Positions 1 through 14,734 are shown, counted from the first letter of the stretch. The stretch is 64,000 nt of DNA from an uncultured Gammaproteobacteria bacterium (GCA_963827755.1 CAWHCQ010000016.1:43965-107964), one strand, 5' to 3'. A program made the numbers and translations. The notes: generated by a model not told the origin, from the letters alone.

Positions 1-1
1 G

Positions 2-640
2 GTCACGCGCTATGAGCAGGAACTGGAAAATATCATCAGCTGCAAGCTGGCGGCCCTGCCTTCATTCTGTGCAACGGCCGCGCCCGTGGAAAATACCGGG
101 CGCAAGGGCTGGCGCAACGGGGCCGACGAACGCCCGGTGACGATTGCCGGCCTGGTCATGAGCATGCGCATTATCAAGACACAACGCGGCGGCAAGCTTG
201 CATTTCTTGTCCTGGATGACCGCACGGCGCGGATCGATGTGCGCGTTTTTCCCGATGTCTACGAGAAGTACCAGGCGATGATCGGCAAGAACAAGATCCT
301 GGTGATCCAGGGTGGCCTCGGCGCCGATGACTACACCGGCGGCCAGCAGGTGACTGCGCAAAGTATCCTCGACATCAACCAGGCCCGCGCAACCTATGCC
401 CGGCGCCTCGTCGTCGGCGTCGAATCAAAACAGGCCGGTAACGGCTTCGTCAGCGACCTCGCCGAGGTCCTGCAACCCTTTCGCGAAGGGCATTGCCACG
501 TGTGCATCGACTACCATGGCAACGTGGCCGAGGCACGGGTATCGCTGGGCGAGGCATGGACGGTGCACCCGACCGATGAACTGCTGCACCGTCTGCAACA
601 GTTGACGGGGAAGGACAGCGTAGTGGTGGAATACAAGTAA
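2..640 (+). CDS. dnaE: DNA polymerase III alpha subunit, C-terminal part (5' end outside the window)
   Basis: Frame open from base 2 and continuous with ORF 86..640. OB-fold 'VTIAGLV..RIIKTQRGGKLAFLVLDDRTARIDV' and tail 'LGEAWTVHPTDELL' are typical of DnaE. Confidence 0.93.
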   Translation, partial: VTRYEQELENIISCKLAALPSFCATAAPVENTGRKGWRNGADERPVTIAGLVMSMRIIKTQRGGKLAFLVLDDRTARIDVRVFPDVYEKYQAMIGKNKILVIQGGLGADDYTGGQQVTAQSILDINQARATYARRLVVGVESKQAGNGFVSDLAEVLQPFREGHCHVCIDYHGNVAEARVSLGEAWTVHPTDELLHRLQQLTGKDSVVVEYK

Positions 641-848
641 CAGGGAACGATCCCCTGTATGTCAATTCTGTTGCAGGAGAGGTCTTGCTGGACTTGATTG
701 TCACCGGCACTTCTGTTTCTTGTGGAGTCCATAGCTATAGACCTGCATATATTGTCGCAGGTAAGAATGTGAAGGCACCTGACCTGCCTGGACTCGAGAG
801 CAAGCATCCCCGTTACTATTGATCGCAGACAGTAGAAAGGAAGCAGCG

Positions 849-1785
849 ATGCACGTGCATACACTGGAAAGATTGCAGCACAGCCATGACTTTTCCGTAA
901 AAAACCGGAAAGGCGAGCGGCGTACGCAATATGTCCTGATGCTGACCGCTGTAACCATGGTCGTGGAAATCCTTGCGGGCAGTATCTACGGGTCAATGGC
1001 GCTGCTTGCGGACGGCTGGCATATGGGTACCCATGTCGCCGCGTTCATGATCGCGATCTTTGCCTATCGGTATGCACGCAAACACGCAAACGACCCTGCG
1101 TATGCCTTCGGTACAGGCAAGGTCAATGTACTCGGCGGGTTTGCGAGTGCAGTTGCTCTGGCGGTCGTGGCACTTGTCATGCTGGCGGAGTCCTTGCAGC
1201 GTCTGTTCGACCCGCAAATCATTCATTTCAACGAGGCCATTACCGTCGCTGTTCTTGGCCTGCTGGTGAATCTCGTCAGCGCCATCCTGTTAAAAGACGG
1301 TCATGGGCATGATCATCATGCCCACGCACATACCCATCATGATCACAACCTGCGTGCTGCGTACATGCACGTACTGGCCGATGCAATGACTTCCCTGCTG
1401 GCGATCGTGGCCCTGGTCTCGGGAAAATACTTTGGCTGGAACTGGCTCGACCCGGTCATGGGAATGGCAGGCGCCATCATCATTACCCGCTGGTCATATG
1501 GCCTGTTGAAGCAGACAAGTCCTGTTTTGCTCGATGCAAGTATCGACGAAGACTACCGTCTGGCCATCAGGGAAGCGATTGAAGGGGATGCGGATAACAG
1601 GATTTCCGACTTTCACATCTGGAAGGTGAGCGCCAGTCACTATGCCGCGCATCATTTCCCTGGTCACGGACAGTCCGGATACAACCGAGCACTACAAGGC
1701 GCTGCTGAGCGATTTTCACAAGCTGACGCATGTCACCATCGAAATCAACGTATGCGGGGATGAACCGTGTGCGACGCCGGAGTGA
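849..1785 (+). CDS. dmeF: CDF-family Co/Ni efflux transporter, DmeF-like (one apparent frameshift near 1650)
   Basis: 'SMALLADGWHMGTH', His-rich loop 'GHGHDHHAHAHTHHDHNLRAAYMHVLADA'. The C-terminus continues in another frame (IISLVTD...LTHVTIEIN, TGA ending 1785). Confidence 0.85.
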
Positions 1786-1872
1786 AAGGTGCCCTGAGTG
1801 CCTCTTTTCACCATTCGGGTGAGTCTCATGATCGGGTTATCATGCCATAAACCGCTGACGGCAGTTTCATCA

Positions 1873-3840
1873 TCAAGCCTGTCCCCGGTCAGTCAGCCAG
1901 TAAAAACGATAGGCCGGAACCACCAGCTGGTCCTTGAACATTGTCGGTGACTCGCCTGAATAGAGGTCTTGCAGCTGACTGTATTCAAAACGTCCGCGAT
2001 TACTCAGGTCGCTCAGGGTGAGTGACTGGGGTGAACTGTCAAAATTACCCACGACCAGTACATTGTCGTTGTGCAGGAGCGGATTGTTGCGCATGAAGAC
2101 GAACAGATTCGGGTTGTCGGTGTCTATCAGTTCGCGGTTGTTATAGTCGGCAAAGGCGGGGGTGGTTTTGCGCACGGCGATCATCTTTTGCAGGCCCTCG
2201 AATATGCGTTGCTCGACGGTACCATGCTGCTTGCGCAGGGCCGCTTTCTCCCAGTCGATTTTCGGACGATGCATCCAGCGGTTGTCGTTGGCCTTGCTGA
2301 CATCTTCCATGTAATTGCAGTCATTGAGCGTGCCGATCTCGTCACCGTAGTACATCAGCGGGATGCCGCCGAAGGACATGATCATGCTGTGCAGCAGCAG
2401 GATCAGGTCGATGCTGCTGTTGATGGCGGCCTCGTCGCCGCGACTCCAGTGCGCTCTCCAGCCCGACCAGTGAGGCAAGTGCCCCCGAGATGCGGGCATC
2501 GCCGGTCTCGCTGTTCTGTGCAAAGGGCTGGCCACGGGCGGGCGAGCCGGCATAGACCCCGGTGAAATAGTCCACCAGGAAGCGGCGGTGGGCCGCAGGT
2601 GCGTAGCCGGCCTTGAAGATATCGGCGTCATCGAAGCCCAGCCCGATATCATCGTGACAGCGGACGTAGTTCAGCCAGGTGGCACGGTCGAGTTTGTCCG
2701 GCAGGCTGCGGATGCCATGGTTGAGCAGTTTGGTATTCTTCGTCGCCAGCGCCTCCCACAGCAGCGCCATGAAGGTGGCGTTGTAGGCAATCTCGCACTC
2801 CTTGGCGATGACCGCGTCCTCGCCGAAGTACTTGATGATCTCGACCGGGGCAACGATGGCCTCGGCGATGAACAGCACACCGGGTGCCGTGACCTGGCTG
2901 CAATCCTTCATCAGCTGCAGGATCAGGTGCGCCTCGCGCTCGTTCTGGCAGGTGGTGCCGATTTTCTTCCACAGGAAAGCCACGGCGTCCAGGCGCACGA
3001 TGTCAGCGCCCTGGTTGGCCCAGAAGAGGATGATATCCAGCATCTCGATGAACACGGCGGGATTGCTGTAGTTCAGATCCCACTGGTAGCTGTTGAATAC
3101 CGTCATCACCCACTTGCCCATGGCCTCGTCGAAGGTGAAGTTGCCGGGCGATGTCTCGGGGAAGACCTCGGGCATGCTCTCCTCGAACATGTCCGGAATG
3201 TCGCGGTTGTCGAAAATGTAGTAATAGTCCTGGTATTTCTTCTCGCCCTGGCGCGCGCGTTGCGCCCATTCATGCTCATCGGAGGTATGGTTCAGCACCA
3301 CGTCCAGGGTCAGCAGGACATTGCGTTTACGCAGGTCCTCCTGCCAGGGCCCGCAGATCGTCCAGCGTGCCGATGCGTTCATCCACGTTGCGAAAGTTGC
3401 TGACCGCATAGCCACCGTCGCTGGCCCCTTGCGGACATTCCAGGATGGGCATGACGTGCAGCATGTTGATACCGAGTTCCTGGAAGTAGCTGAGCCGTGA
3501 GCGAAGCCCCTGCAGGTCACCGGCGAAGCCGTCGGGGTAGAGCGCCATGCCGACCCACTCCTGGCTGAGAAACCAGTTGTGGTCCTGCTCGCGCAGGATG
3601 TCCAGCTGCTTCAGGTCGCTGCTGCGCTTTATGTACTGTGCCGCCATGACTTCCACCAGCCGCAGCACCTGGCTGTCGAAATCGTCGCGTTGACCGTAGA
3701 GATTGATGGAACAGCGAATAAATCGCGTAGAAGTTCGCGCCCAGCCGGGTATAAAAATGGCGCAGGTCGCGCCTGCGGATCTCGGGCTTGAGTTCGTCGA
3801 GTATCTTGTTCAGCAGCGAGTGTGATATCTGTTCGTACAT
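1873..3840 (-). CDS. Amylosucrase / GH13 sucrose-utilising glucosidase (split over four ORFs by apparent indels)
   Basis: GH13 motifs 'SDGGYAVS', '[14 protein letters not shown]', '[10 protein letters not shown]', 'EAIV', 'YVRCHDDIG', '[12 protein letters not shown]', 'DNRWMHRP' across ORFs 3517..3840, 3327..3668, 2342..3520 and 1873..2652. Confidence 0.85.
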
Positions 3841-3856
3841 GACGTCGGCAGACCGG

Positions 3857-4742
3857 TCAGGCCCCGATGCTCCATTCGTTGATAAAAGGTTGATAAAAGT
3901 CCATCTCGCTCACGGTAGCGCCACGATTGCCGACTATCCTGGAGGCAAACAGCTGCGCCCGCTGCAGGGTAACATCCAGTGGCCAGTCGTTGCATAGACC
4001 GAGAATGATCACCGCCGCGAAGGCATCGCCCGCACCCACCGTGTCCACCACCTCGATATCCCTGCCGGGCCGGACCTTGAAATATTCACCCGTGTCGGTG
4101 AGTAACTCGGCACCCTGCGCGCCATGCGTCAGCACCATTCCGTTGAGTCCAAACTCGCCGAGAAAGTCGCTCGCGCCTGGCGTAGCGCCGCTGGCGGAAG
4201 GGTAGAGCAAGGCCAGCTCATCGGTATTGAGCTTGACCCAGTGCGCCGTGTGCAACATCTCCAGCACCTGTTCACGTTGCCACCACGGCTGACGCAGGTT
4301 GACGTCGACAAACACGGTCTTCGGCTTGCAGGCAAGGAGTTGTTCCAGGGTCTGCCGCGATTTTGCCTCGCGCAGGCACAGGCTGCCATGATAGAGCAGG
4401 CGGCAATCCGCTGGTAGCGCTGGCGCCTCGATTGCATCCCAGGCACAGGGCCGGACGATGTCGTAGACGTTCTCGTCATCGACAAAGGTCACGTTCACCC
4501 GGCCTGTCGGGTGCAGCGGATCTGTCTGCAGGCCGCTCCGTGTCCATGCCCCAGTCGCGCATGGCGGCGCGTACGGCCTCGCCATCCGGGTCGTTACCTG
4601 TGCGGCTGATGAACCAGGGCGCCTGCCCGAATGCCTGCAGGTGCCAGGCCACGTTGAAGGGCGCGCCGCCGAGGACACGCGTTCCATCCGCAAAATGATC
4701 AAACAATACTTCACCGAAGATGCACAGGCGCCGGTCTTTCAT
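3857..4742 (-). CDS. PfkB-family carbohydrate kinase (fructokinase), one apparent frameshift
   Basis: N-terminus 'IFGEVLFDHF..VLGGAPFNVAWHL' (ORF 4476..4742) and PfkB signature 'VVDTVGAGDAF' (ORF 3857..4714); sucrose operon context. Confidence 0.88.
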
Positions 4743-5605
4743 GGTTGCTGTTCTACCATATCGAAGGCCATCCAGTCGATGCTGTGTGGATAATAGTGGG
4801 CGATACCTTCCAGCATGCCGGCACTGTAATTGCCGTTCATGCCCATGAAGTTCCCCTGTGCGATATAGAGTTGCCCGCTGTGCCCCGTCTCATCGGCCAG
4901 CCGGCGTGCCAGCTCGCGCACGGCCGGCTGACTGTTGGCCACCAGCACCGCCGGAATGGGGCTGGCCAGTACCTCGATATCGTTACCGCTGTCGCCGCAA
5001 AACACGGTGTTTTCATAACTGAAACCATGGTGCTTCATGAGCGACTCCAGCGCGTGGTATTTCGATGCCCGCGCCGGCAATACGTCCAGCAGGCCGACAC
5101 CCGCCGGCTCGTCGATGCTCCAGATCAGGCTCGCATTCACTCCTTGCGCTTCCAGCCGCTGACGGATCAGTGCCGACAGGGTGCGACGATCGCTCTGCAG
5201 CGATACGAAATAGCTGAGCTTGTAGTCGTTCTGCCGGGTATATCCCTGCAGGCGCAGTTCGGGCAATTCGTGCAGCAGGGCCATCAGGTCATTACGGGTA
5301 TGGCCTGACCAGTCGAGGGCGATTTCCTCTTCCCAGGACCGCTGGCGCACCCAGTCCCGCTCCGGTCCGACGTGGTAGATGGTGGTGCCGACATCGCCGA
5401 CCACGAAATCCGGCAAAGGCAGGCAGTAATTGGTAATGGCCTTTTCAACCAGGGCGCGATGCCGCCCGCTGACATAGGCAAGGGTGACATCGGGGTGCGC
5501 CACCAGTGCGTCGAAATGCCTTCTGGCATGCGGCGACTCGGACTGCGGGCCGTTCGCGATCAGCGTGCGGTCGAGGTCGGTGCAGACAAGGAGTTGCTCA
5601 GACAT
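4739..5605 (-). CDS. HAD-IIB sucrose-phosphate phosphatase
   Basis: 'CTDLDRTL', 'LLDVLPARASK', 'FCGDSGND' HAD motifs; start overlaps the SPS stop. Confidence 0.85.
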   Translation of the reverse strand: MSEQLLVCTDLDRTLIANGPQSESPHARRHFDALVAHPDVTLAYVSGRHRALVEKAITNYCLPLPDFVVGDVGTTIYHVGPERDWVRQRSWEEEIALDWSGHTRNDLMALLHELPELRLQGYTRQNDYKLSYFVSLQSDRRTLSALIRQRLEAQGVNASLIWSIDEPAGVGLLDVLPARASKYHALESLMKHHGFSYENTVFCGDSGNDIEVLASPIPAVLVANSQPAVRELARRLADETGHSGQLYIAQGNFMGMNGNYSAGMLEGIAHYYPHSIDWMAFDMVEQQP

Positions 5606-7757
5606 GCGTCCCGGGCACCTTGCAGGCACTGAAGAAATCATAATGCTCGATGGCCTCGAGAATTCCCAGTGCATGTGACTGGCCGGCGAAATAGATCCGC
5701 TCCTGGTCCACCAGTTGGGACAGTTCCTCGTGGTGTCGATTGCCGACCACCACGGCGAGGGTATTGCCACGCATCATGTCCTCGTCGGCGCCCGAGCCGC
5801 CCGCCGCGAGGATGTGTTCGAGGGGAATATCGAAGCGCTGCGAGATATAGCGCAGCGCCTGCCCCTTGGAGGCACGCGAGGGTACGATGTCGAGGTACTG
5901 GCCGAAAGAGTAGATGACATTGGCAGTCAGTTCCTTCTGCCGGATCAGGGTGTTGATCTCGTCCACCGGCGGCGCCTTTGCAGGATCGTAGTAATACGAC
6001 AGCTTGAAGTGTGTCTGTTCGTTCTTCGGCTGGGGTTTCAAACCGGGCAGTTCGGCCAGCACCCGGCGCACTTGCTGCGAGTTCCAGTTGTGATCGATGT
6101 GGTCGGCCCAGTAGTTGTCCTCGGTCAGGGCCTGGCCATAATGGATGCGTGTACCGAGGCTGCTGATGAGCACGTCCGGCGTCGGGATGGCATGTTTTTT
6201 CATCAGCGCCAGCGCGGTATCGATGCGGCGCCCGGTGGCGATACCAAAGCTGACGCACTTGCGGTTCTCACGCATGGCCGCGATGAAGTGCTGAAGCGCC
6301 ACGGGATTTCCGAGCAGGTTCTGGTCGAGGTCCGTGAAGATGGCGCGATCACGGTAACGCAAGGCCCGTGGTGCCGGTTGTTCGCGGGGGATAGGCTGTT
6401 CCTTGCCCGGCAGTGTCCGGATCCTGGCCAGGTAGCTCTGCGTATGCGCCTGCCAGGCGTAGTGGCGGCGCACCCCCCTGATACCGTTCTGGGAGGCCAG
6501 GGACCAGGCCTTGTCATCGCGCAGCAGCGTGAGCAAGGCAGCGGTGATGGCGTCCTTGTCCAGCGGGTCAACCAGTACACCGTTATTACAGTTGCCGATA
6601 ATGTCCACCGGGCCGCCATTCTCGGTCGCCACCACGGGCAGGCCGCTGGCAGCGGCCTCCAGCAAGGTCAGGCCGAAAGGTTCGGTGAGTGCCGGGTTGA
6701 TGAAGACGCCGCCGCCCGCTGCAACCAGGCGGTAGATCTCAGGCACCTCGTCGGCGCGGTGGCTCTTGGGGATGGCCACTCTGCCGTACAGGTCATAGCT
6801 GTCGATGAGCAGCAGGAGGTTGGTCAGCACCGACTCGGCGCCGCTGTCCATGTCGCGGATATCGTCGCGGCTGCCGGCAATGATCAGCAGGTTGGCAGCC
6901 TGCTGCAGCGCCTGCGATTCACCGTAGGCCTCGACCAGCATAAGGATGTTCTTGCGTTCGTCCGGCCGCGACAGGGCCATGATCAGCGGCTTTTTCGGAT
7001 TGCTGAGAAAACGCTGCACCTGCTTTTTAAAAGCGATTTTCTCGCCTTTCCGCGGCGGATAAAACTGTTGCAGATCGGTACCCGGCGGGATGACTGCCAT
7101 GCGCTCCGGGTCATAGTAATTGTAGAGCCCGTATTGTTCCTCTATTTCGTTGTGGGTGCTGGTGATGACCAGGTCGGCGTTGGCGAGGGCTTCTTCCTCG
7201 GCGTCGATGCGCCTTTCAATGTTGTAGGTTTTCTCGATGTCTTCACGCGACAGGCCGTGGGCCAGCAATTGCTTGCGCTTGTCACGACCGAGAGAATGTC
7301 CGGTATAAATGAGAGGGATGCCGATGAGATTTGCAAGCCGTACACCGACATAGCCTGCATCGGCATAGTGACTGTGCACCAGGTCAGGCATGCGCGGCTG
7401 CTCGTTGAGCCAATTGACCAGGTTGTCCAGAAAGCTGTCGAGGTAGTCCCACAATTGCTCCTTGGGAATGTATTCATCGGGTCCGGCGTCGATACGCACG
7501 ATGCGTGCATTGTCCGACATTGACTCGATGGGTACGGCATAGTCATTGTTGACTGCTGCATCGACCACCCGGCGCGTAACGAGGTCAACCTGCGCGATGC
7601 CTTCCTGTTCGGTGAGCGCCCGGGCAAGGTCAACCACGTACTTCGTCTGTCCGCCGGTATCGGCGTCGCGACCAAGTTCCATATCATGGTTGCGGATCAG
7701 GCCATGGATGCTGATCAGAAGCAGATATTTTCCATTCGCATCAGTCTTCATGGGCAT
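5598..7757 (-). CDS. sps: Sucrose-phosphate synthase (GT4 domain plus C-terminal HAD domain)
   Basis: 'SIHGLIR..MELGRDADTGGQTKYVV', 'HSHYADAG', 'TGHSLGRDK', 'EPFGLTLLEAAA', then 'FTDLDQNLLG'. Confidence 0.92.
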   Translation of the reverse strand: MPMKTDANGKYLLLISIHGLIRNHDMELGRDADTGGQTKYVVDLARALTEQEGIAQVDLVTRRVVDAAVNNDYAVPIESMSDNARIVRIDAGPDEYIPKEQLWDYLDSFLDNLVNWLNEQPRMPDLVHSHYADAGYVGVRLANLIGIPLIYTGHSLGRDKRKQLLAHGLSREDIEKTYNIERRIDAEEEALANADLVITSTHNEIEEQYGLYNYYDPERMAVIPPGTDLQQFYPPRKGEKIAFKKQVQRFLSNPKKPLIMALSRPDERKNILMLVEAYGESQALQQAANLLIIAGSRDDIRDMDSGAESVLTNLLLLIDSYDLYGRVAIPKSHRADEVPEIYRLVAAGGGVFINPALTEPFGLTLLEAAASGLPVVATENGGPVDIIGNCNNGVLVDPLDKDAITAALLTLLRDDKAWSLASQNGIRGVRRHYAWQAHTQSYLARIRTLPGKEQPIPREQPAPRALRYRDRAIFTDLDQNLLGNPVALQHFIAAMRENRKCVSFGIATGRRIDTALALMKKHAIPTPDVLISSLGTRIHYGQALTEDNYWADHIDHNWNSQQVRRVLAELPGLKPQPKNEQTHFKLSYYYDPAKAPPVDEINTLIRQKELTANVIYSFGQYLDIVPSRASKGQALRYISQRFDIPLEHILAAGGSGADEDMMRGNTLAVVVGNRHHEELSQLVDQERIYFAGQSHALGILEAIEHYDFFSACKVPGTHV

Positions 7758-8030
7758 AGTATGAGCTACTCTTCTTAAAGATTGTTCCGGCTGGATGATT
7801 GACCATACAGATCAGCTTGTAAAAGGATCGATACAGGCAATGGATAGCGACATTTCCCTGAAATCAGAAAAAACATATCTTATCACTGATTCCGCATTGC
7901 AGGCTCCATGCGCGATAACGCCATCGGGTTATACGCTGCATGCACTGATGCCGGCCGGCGCGACTTGTTTCTCAGGGGTGAAAACGGTACCTTTTACCGT
8001 AATACAGATATCCTTTTCACGGAACCGATA

Positions 8031-8986
8031 ATGAATATCAATTTTCTTGATTTTGAGCAGCCGATTGCCGAGATGGAGGCCAAGATCGATGAACTGCACT
8101 TTGTCAGTGATGATGCAGACGTAAATATTGCCGATGAGGTCATGAAGCTCAAGGAAAAGAGCCAGGCCATGACCAAGACGATTTTTTCGAGTCTCACTTC
8201 CTGGCAGATCTCACAGCTGGCGCGTCACCCGCAGCGTCCCTATACGCTTGACTACATCGAACGCATCTTTACGGATTTCGAGGAACTGCATGGTGACCGG
8301 CATTTTGCCGATGACCATGCCATTGTCGGCGGGGTCGCGTCGTCTCGAAGGTATCGCCTGTGATGGTGATCGGCCAGCAAAAGGGCAGGGACACCAAGGA
8401 AAAACTGCACCGTAACTTCGGTATGCCGCGGCCGGAAGGTTATCGCAAGGCACTGCGCCTGATGAAGATGGCCGAGAGATTCAATCTGCCGGTGCTGACG
8501 TTTATTGACACCCCGGGCGCCTATCCGGGCATCGGTGCGGAAGAGCGGGGCCAGAGCGAGGCCATTGCCAGGAACCTGCTGGAGATGGCGCAGTTGCGCA
8601 CGCCGATTATCTGTACCGTGATCGGTGAAGGTGGCTCCGGCGGTGCGCTGGCAATCGGCGTCGGTGACCGGACCTTCATGCTGCAGTACAGTACCTACTC
8701 GGTGATATCGCCGGAGGGTTGTGCATCGATCCTCTGGAAGAGTGCTGACAAGGCATCGGATGCGGCCGAGGCCCTCGGTATTACCTCTGCCCGGCTGTTA
8801 AAGCTCGGCCTGATCGACAAGGTAATCGACGAGCCGCTGGGCGGCGCACACCGTGATGTCGACGCCACGGCCGAAAGTGTCAAGGCCGCCTTGCTGGAGG
8901 CGCTGACCAGGTTACAGAAACTCGACCATGACAAGCTGCTCAAGGCACGTTACAAACGCCTGATGGATTATGGGGAATTCAAGTAA
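8031..8986 (+). CDS. accA: Acetyl-CoA carboxylase carboxyltransferase alpha (apparent frameshift near 8340-8360)
   Basis: '[10 protein letters not shown]', '[12 protein letters not shown]', '[13 protein letters not shown]', '[17 protein letters not shown]'. Confidence 0.95.
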
Positions 8987-9006
8987 GCGGTTATCGCTGA
9001 CGCTTG

Positions 9007-9043
9007 TTCTCCCTGTCACATAGGGAGAGGGTCGGGAGAGGGG
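9007..9043. repeat. Intergenic CTCCC..GGGAGAGGG palindromic repeat
   Basis: ttctccctgtcacatagggagagggtcgggagagggg; related copy at 51297..51320. Confidence 0.55.
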
Positions 9044-9081
9044 CTGATAACAAGGCACCTGCTCGACGACACCCCGGCGCA

Positions 9082-10404
9082 ATGAACTTTTCTCCTGACA
9101 GTCTTTACCGGCAACTGCTGCTTCACCCGGCATCCGCTTACCGGGTCGCCTACAGTGGCGGGCTGGATTCACATGTGCTGTTGCATGCACTGGTGCGTTT
9201 GCGCGACCGGCTGGACGCGGACATCGGGGCCGTGCACGTCAACCACGCCTTGCAGGCCGATGCCGACCTCTGGGAAGAGCATTGCCGGCTTGTCTGCGAA
9301 GATCTCTGTGTCGACTATGTGTCCCTGCGTGTCGATGCCGGTGGCGCACCAGGCGACAGTCCGGAGGCCGCTGCCAGGGATGCCCGCTATGCGGCATTGG
9401 CCGGGTGGTTACCGGCCGGTGCCTGCCTGTTGAGCGCGCAGCACCAGGATGACCAGGCGGAAACCCTGTTGTTGCAGTTGCTGCGCGGCAGCGGCGTCAA
9501 TGGCCTTGCGGCCATGCCGCAGCTGAGTGAACTGGGCCGCGGGCAACTGTTGCGTCCCCTGCTTGGCCATACCCGCCGGCAACTACGAGCCTATGCCGAG
9601 GCAAACGGACTCCGCTGGATTGAGGACCCGAGCAACCGCGATCTGGCCTTCGATCGCAACTCCCTGCGCAAACGTATCTTTCCCGTGTTGCGGGAGCGCT
9701 GGCCCGCCGCGGCGGCGGCCCTGTCGCGCAGTGCGGCACATTGTGCCGAGGCCGCAGACCTGTTGCAGCAAATCGCCACGCAGGACCTTGCAGGCATCCA
9801 GGGGAGTGCCAGCGACAGGCTGTCGCTGGCCGGGCTGGGAGTGCTCTCGCCGCAACGCCAGCGTAATGTGCTGCGTTACTGGTTTCGGCAGGCAAGCGCT
9901 GCCACGCCGTCTGCCGCGGTGCTGGCGCGCATCCAGCACGATGTCCTGCAGAGCCGCCGTGACGCAACACCCTGCGTGCGCTGGGGAGGTCATGAACTGC
10001 GCCGTTACCGGGATGATTTGTATTTGTTAAAACAACGACATGAAGCAGATAGTTCGACCGTTATCGAGTGGCGCCTGGCAACACCCCTGTCCCTGCCGGA
10101 TGCTGGCGGGGTACTCAGGGCCAGTCCGCAGACCGGCCGCGGTATCAGGGCCAGTGCCGTTGAATCCGGCGTACGGGTGGGCTGGCGCCAGGGCGGTGAA
10201 CGCTGTCTCCCGGCTGGCCGTGGTCACCACCATTCGCTGAAGAAATTATTCCAGGAACGCGGCATTCCGCCCTGGGAACGCTCGCGTATTCCGTTGATCT
10301 ATATCGATGATCAGCTGGCGGCCGTGGCCGGACTATGGGTCTGCGAACCCTTCGATGCGCGACCCTCCGAGTCCGGCCTGATGATTGACTGGCAACGCGG
10401 CTGA
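9082..10404 (+). CDS. tilS: tRNA(Ile)-lysidine synthetase
   Basis: 'VAYSGGLDSHVLL', 'HQDDQAETLLL', 'WIEDPSN', 'LKKLFQERGIPPWER'. Confidence 0.95.
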   Translation: MNFSPDSLYRQLLLHPASAYRVAYSGGLDSHVLLHALVRLRDRLDADIGAVHVNHALQADADLWEEHCRLVCEDLCVDYVSLRVDAGGAPGDSPEAAARDARYAALAGWLPAGACLLSAQHQDDQAETLLLQLLRGSGVNGLAAMPQLSELGRGQLLRPLLGHTRRQLRAYAEANGLRWIEDPSNRDLAFDRNSLRKRIFPVLRERWPAAAAALSRSAAHCAEAADLLQQIATQDLAGIQGSASDRLSLAGLGVLSPQRQRNVLRYWFRQASAATPSAAVLARIQHDVLQSRRDATPCVRWGGHELRRYRDDLYLLKQRHEADSSTVIEWRLATPLSLPDAGGVLRASPQTGRGIRASAVESGVRVGWRQGGERCLPAGRGHHHSLKKLFQERGIPPWERSRIPLIYIDDQLAAVAGLWVCEPFDARPSESGLMIDWQRG

Positions 10405-10532
10405 ATAATACGCTGCCGGTAGCGGAATTCTGCGCCTTTGTACCGTGCAGGCAATTGAGGAAGCCACGCCAATCTGGTAACGTGTGTGCCCGTCCTGTGA
10501 CAATTGTGTCGCACTCGAACTCCAGGCAGTAA

Positions 10533-12201
<1,669 letters not shown>

Positions 12202-12229
12202 GTGCTGAACGGCCCCTGATCAAGCTGTT

Positions 12230-13072
12230 ATGAAATTGTGTGGATTCAATGCGGGTATCGAACACCCCCTGTTTTTGATTGCAGGGCCCTGTGTGATCGA
12301 GAATGAAACCTTGATCATCGACACGGCCGGGACTCTGAAAGAGATTACCGACGCACTCGGCATGGCGTTTATTTTCAAGTCGTCCTTTGACAAGGCCAAT
12401 CGCTCCTCGTATAAAAGTTTTCGCGGTCCGGGCCTGGAACAGGGTCTCGCTATCCTGGAGAAGGTGCAATCACAGGTCGGTGTGCCGGTGCTGACCGATG
12501 TGCATGAAGATACCCCGCTGAATGAAGTCGCTGCCGTGGTCGATGTGCTGCAAACCCCCGCCTTCCTCTGCAGGCAGACCAATTTCATCCAGGCCGTTGC
12601 CAGCCAGGGCAAGCCGGTAAACATAAAGAAAGGCCAGTTTCTCTCTCCCTGGGATATGAAGAACGTTGCCGACAAGGCGCTGGCGACCGGTAACAGGCAG
12701 ATCATGGTGTGCGAGCGGGGTGTGTCCTTCGGTTATAACAACCTGGTGTCTGACATGCGCGGACTTGCGGTGATGCGTGACTGCGGCGTGCCGGTTGTTT
12801 TTGACGCCACCCACTCGGTGCAACTGCCTGGCGGACAGGGCAGCAGTTCAGGCGGCCAGCGCGAATTTGTCCCGGTGCTGGCGCGTGCCGCAGTCGCGGC
12901 CGGTATTTCCGGCATCTTCATGGAGACCCACCCGGACCCGGCGAAGGCGCTGAGCGATGGACCGAATGCCTGGCCACTAAAGCGGATGCAGCCGCTGCTG
13001 AGCACGCTGAAAATGCTCGATGATTCCATCAAGGCGGGAGAACTGGCGGAAACAAGCCTGATGAATAAATGA
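12230..13072 (+). CDS. kdsA: KDO-8-phosphate synthase
   Basis: 'IAGPCVIE', 'SFDKANRSS', '[12 protein letters not shown]'. Confidence 0.96.
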   Translation: MKLCGFNAGIEHPLFLIAGPCVIENETLIIDTAGTLKEITDALGMAFIFKSSFDKANRSSYKSFRGPGLEQGLAILEKVQSQVGVPVLTDVHEDTPLNEVAAVVDVLQTPAFLCRQTNFIQAVASQGKPVNIKKGQFLSPWDMKNVADKALATGNRQIMVCERGVSFGYNNLVSDMRGLAVMRDCGVPVVFDATHSVQLPGGQGSSSGGQREFVPVLARAAVAAGISGIFMETHPDPAKALSDGPNAWPLKRMQPLLSTLKMLDDSIKAGELAETSLMNK

Positions 13073-13116
13073 CCTTGTCGGCAAGGCTTGTTTATTGATT
13101 CATCCGGATTCTCTAA

Positions 13117-14440
<1,324 letters not shown>

Positions 14441-14464
14441 GCCCCGCGGAACAATTCATGAGCC

Positions 14465-14734
14465 ATGAAGAAATTGCTCATACTGCTGTTAATACTGCTG
14501 GTTTATTTGCAATACAGCCTCTGGATCGGCGATGGCAGCCTGCAGGACGTATGGCGCCTGCACCGGGATGTTGAACGGCAACGCCAGGAAAATGCACGGC
14601 TGCGTGAGCGTAACGAAGCACTCGATGCCGAGGTGCTGGACCTGCAGCAGGGGCTGGAGGCCCTTGAGGAACATGCCCGGGAGGATCTCGGCATGATCAA
14701 AAAGGGCGAGACCTTCTACCAGGTGGTTGAGTAG
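14465..14734 (+). CDS. ftsB: Cell division protein FtsB
   Basis: TM segment 'LQYSLWIGDGS', coiled coil, 'AREDLGMIKKGETFY'; lies between eno and ispD. Confidence 0.92.
   Translation: MKKLLILLLILLVYLQYSLWIGDGSLQDVWRLHRDVERQRQENARLRERNEALDAEVLDLQQGLEALEEHAREDLGMIKKGETFYQVVE

Noticed and set aside
641-848. NiCo-type riboswitch upstream of dmeF
   Set aside because: Only short hairpins (ACCTGC/GCAGGT) are visible and I cannot match the multi-stem consensus; an Rfam scan is needed.
5715-7523. Long antisense ORFs (602 aa here; also 43962..45482, 24808..25812 and 52788..53789)
   Set aside because: Shadow frames of real genes in GC-rich DNA, with no motifs.
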